This document shows, piece by piece, positions 36,133 through 38,777 of a stretch of 38,777 nucleotides of DNA. Source of the stretch: Peptococcaceae bacterium (GTDB taxonomy: Bacteria > Bacillota > Peptococcia > DRI-13 > UBA5745); NCBI GenBank assembly GCA_031265035.1, contig JAISDE010000142.1, positions 1 to 38,777 of the forward strand, in the 5' to 3' direction. Position 1 is the first letter of the stretch; the number at the start of each line of letters is the position of its first letter. Made by a program: the position numbers and the translations under genes. A model generated the notes under the pieces. It had not been told where the DNA came from. It made no database searches and saw only the letters and a program-made list of their open reading frames with translations.

Positions 36133-37053
36133 ATGGCCAGATATGTGCTGAAACGGGTATTGATCTCCATTCCCGTACTGGTCGGGGTAGCATTGATCTT
36201 ATTTTTACTGTTGAACGTCGTGCCGGGAGATCCGGTCACCATGATGATGCGGGAACACATCAAGCCCGATCTGATTGAGATCTTTCGGGAGCGCATGGGC
36301 CTCAATGACCCGGTGTTGGTTCGTTTCGGCAAGTACATGCTCAACGCCCTGCATGGGGATTTTGGTATGTCCTACAAATTGCGACGGGATATTTCCGAGC
36401 TGATTTTCCAAGCCTTCCCCCAGACCATCAAGCTGACAATCTACGCCGCCCTGGTGGCCTGGTGCATCGGCATCCCCGCCGGCATCATATCGGCGATCAA
36501 GCAAAACACCCTGATCGATCGCTCCTTCATGGCCTTTTCTCTCATGGGGGTCTCCCTGCCCGTCTTCTGGGCCGGCCTGCTGATGCAATATGTTTTCGCT
36601 TTTAAGCTGTCCCTTTTGCCGGTCAGCGGCTATTACAGTATCCGGCATTATATCATGCCGTCCATCGTCCTGGGCTGGAGTTCCGCCGGCAGCATCGCCC
36701 GGATGACCCGCTCCAATCTGCTGGAGATCATGAAGAACGATTTTATCCGCACCGCCCGGGCCAAGGGCCTGAAGGAGACGTCGGTGATCCTGGGCCACGC
36801 CCTGAAAAACGCCATGCTACCGGTGGTGACCATGATGGCCATCCAAGTATCCGGCCTCCTGGGAGGCGCCGTGATGACGGAAAGCATCTTCGGCGTCCCC
36901 GGCCTGGGGGTGCTGGCGATCGACGGCATCAGGTACCGGGATATGCCGCTGCTCCAGGGCACTATCTTGTTTACTACCGTCATAGTGATCGCCGGCAACC
37001 TGATCGCGGATCTGCTGTACTCCGTCCTCGATCCGCGCATCCGGTATGAGTAG
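36133..37053 (+). CDS. oppB: Peptide ABC transporter permease
   Basis: PGDP, GDFG.S, SLPVFW, RTARAKGL...HALKNA. Confidence 0.93.
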   Translation: MARYVLKRVLISIPVLVGVALILFLLLNVVPGDPVTMMMREHIKPDLIEIFRERMGLNDPVLVRFGKYMLNALHGDFGMSYKLRRDISELIFQAFPQTIKLTIYAALVAWCIGIPAGIISAIKQNTLIDRSFMAFSLMGVSLPVFWAGLLMQYVFAFKLSLLPVSGYYSIRHYIMPSIVLGWSSAGSIARMTRSNLLEIMKNDFIRTARAKGLKETSVILGHALKNAMLPVVTMMAIQVSGLLGGAVMTESIFGVPGLGVLAIDGIRYRDMPLLQGTILFTTVIVIAGNLIADLLYSVLDPRIRYE

Positions 37054-37058
37054 GGGGG

Positions 37059-38030
37059 ATGAGGATGAAGCTGGACGACAATAAATTAACCCCGTCCGCC
37101 GCGGGCGCCGGCGCCGGTACCGGCGCTGAGGCGGTTCCTGACGCCGCCTTGTACGCCGACGAGGACGCCGACGCCGAGCTGCTGGACGACGATGGGATTT
37201 TTGATCACCTTAAAAGCATGTTGCGCAAAAATAAGCTGGCCGCCTTTTCCCTGCTGGTGATCCTGATTTTCGCCGGGGCGGCGGCCTTGGCGCCTTTGAT
37301 CGCGCCCTACAACCCCAATACCCCCGTACTCAGCGAGCGTTTCGCCCCACCCTCCCTCGCCCATTGGCTGGGCTGTGACGAGCTGGGCCGGGACGCTTTC
37401 AGCCGTTTACTCTACGGCACCCGGGTGTCCATGATGATCGGCCTGGTGCCTACTACTATCTCCATGGTTTTCGGTACCTTGCTGGGCTTGTTCGCCGGCT
37501 ATTACGGCGGCAAGGTGGATTTTACCATCATGCGTTTCGCCGATATCGTGCTGGCCTTCCCCTCCCTGCTACTGGCGATGGTGGTGATGTATACCCTGGG
37601 TGGCAGCCTGATGAACATCTTCATCGCCCTGAGCATCGTCAAATGGGCCGGCACCGCCCGGGTGATCCGCGCCCAGACCATGTCGCTAAAAGAGAAAGAA
37701 TTTGTGGAGGCCGCCCGCTCCATGGGGGTCAAGCGGTGGGTGATCATGTTTCGGCATATTCTGCCCAACTGTATCCCCAACCTGATTGTGTTATTCACCT
37801 TAAATATCCCGGAATCCATTCTCTCCGAGTCCAGCCTGAGTTTTTTGGGGATCGGCGCCCAACCTCCCTCCACCAGCTGGGGGCTAATGGTCTACCGCAG
37901 CAAATCCTATCTGTTTAGCCAGCCCTGGCTGGCCATCGCGCCGGGCGTCGTTATCCTGATTTTTGTTCTGGCCTTCAATTTCCTGGGGGACGGCGTGCGG
38001 GACGCTATGGATCCTTACCTGAAAGATTAA
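37059..38030 (+). CDS. oppC: Peptide ABC transporter permease
   Basis: HWLGCDELGRD, EFVEAARSMG, HILPN, NFLGDG.RDA.DP. Confidence 0.93.
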   Translation: MRMKLDDNKLTPSAAGAGAGTGAEAVPDAALYADEDADAELLDDDGIFDHLKSMLRKNKLAAFSLLVILIFAGAAALAPLIAPYNPNTPVLSERFAPPSLAHWLGCDELGRDAFSRLLYGTRVSMMIGLVPTTISMVFGTLLGLFAGYYGGKVDFTIMRFADIVLAFPSLLLAMVVMYTLGGSLMNIFIALSIVKWAGTARVIRAQTMSLKEKEFVEAARSMGVKRWVIMFRHILPNCIPNLIVLFTLNIPESILSESSLSFLGIGAQPPSTSWGLMVYRSKSYLFSQPWLAIAPGVVILIFVLAFNFLGDGVRDAMDPYLKD

Positions 38031-38054
38031 CCGTAATCATTAGGAGGAAATGAA

Positions 38055-38777
38055 ATGCTGCAAATCACCGACCTGAAAACCCACTTTTTCACCGATAAAG
38101 GCGTGGTGCCGGCGGTAGACGGCGTTACCCTCCGCGTCCCCAAGCAGAGCGTCGTCGGTGTGGTGGGCGAGTCGGGCTGCGGTAAAAGCGTCACCGCCAT
38201 GTCGGTTTTGCGCTTGGTCAGCCGGCCGGGCCGAATCGTCGCCGGCAGCGTCAAGCTGGAGGGGGAAGATCTGACCGCCAAAAAAACCGGGGAGATGCAC
38301 GATATCCGGGGCAACAAGATTTCCGTCATCTTTCAGGAGCCTATGACCTCCTTGAATCCGGTCTATACGGTAGGCAAACAGGTGGCGGAGGCCATCATCG
38401 TCCACCAAAAGGTAGGCCGGGCGGCGGCCCGGCGGCAGGTGGTGGATATCTTCAAGGCGGTAGGCATCCCGGAGGCGGAAAAGCGCCTGCGCTCCTTCCC
38501 CCATCAGCTTTCCGGCGGCCTGCGCCAGCGGGTGATGATCGCCATGGCCATGGTCTGTCAGCCCAAGCTGATGATCGCCGACGAGCCTACCACCGCCCTT
38601 GATGTCACCATTGAGGCTCAGATCCTGCATTTGATGAAAAATCTGGAAAAAGACCGGGGCACCTCCATTATGCTAATCACCCACAATATGGGCGTGGTGG
38701 CGGAAATCTGCGATTACGTCTATGTGATGTACGCCGGCAAGATCATGGAGCAGGCGGATATTTTCGATCTGTTTGAT
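38055..38777 (+). CDS. oppD: Peptide ABC transporter ATP-binding protein (partial, runs off window)
   Basis: Not in the ORF track; AGGAGG RBS then [11 protein letters not shown]..., [35 protein letters not shown]. Confidence 0.93.
   Translation, partial: MLQITDLKTHFFTDKGVVPAVDGVTLRVPKQSVVGVVGESGCGKSVTAMSVLRLVSRPGRIVAGSVKLEGEDLTAKKTGEMHDIRGNKISVIFQEPMTSLNPVYTVGKQVAEAIIVHQKVGRAAARRQVVDIFKAVGIPEAEKRLRSFPHQLSGGLRQRVMIAMAMVCQPKLMIADEPTTALDVTIEAQILHLMKNLEKDRGTSIMLITHNMGVVAEICDYVYVMYAGKIMEQADIFDLFD

Overview
GC-rich Firmicutes-type (Clostridia-like) chromosomal window. Housekeeping blocks: a fused 2Fe-2S/molybdopterin oxidoreductase, lipase, hybrid histidine kinase, nucleotidyltransferase plus GT4 glycosyltransferase, two-subunit class I fumarase, a complete nine-gene Na+-type V/A-ATPase operon, hemerythrin and an oligopeptide ABC transporter that runs off the end. 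These alternate with two AT-richer accessory islets (about 3.7-12.0 kb and 28.9-33.3 kb) carrying orphan immunity genes, two Schlafen/AlbA_2-ATPase-HTH genes, several toxin-antitoxin modules (two with truncated toxins) and a 1957-bp IS1634-like element inserted in a relB/dinJ gene with a 7-bp target duplication. The most unusual signal is in the intergenic DNA: three 37-56 bp near-exact copies of coding sequence located 2.3-2.6 kb from their donors, short remnants of unrelated genes (serine recombinase, Vgb-like propeller), and small tandem duplications in many spacers and inside proteins. No CRISPR array, rRNA or tRNA was seen. All family calls come from motif recognition, not database searches.
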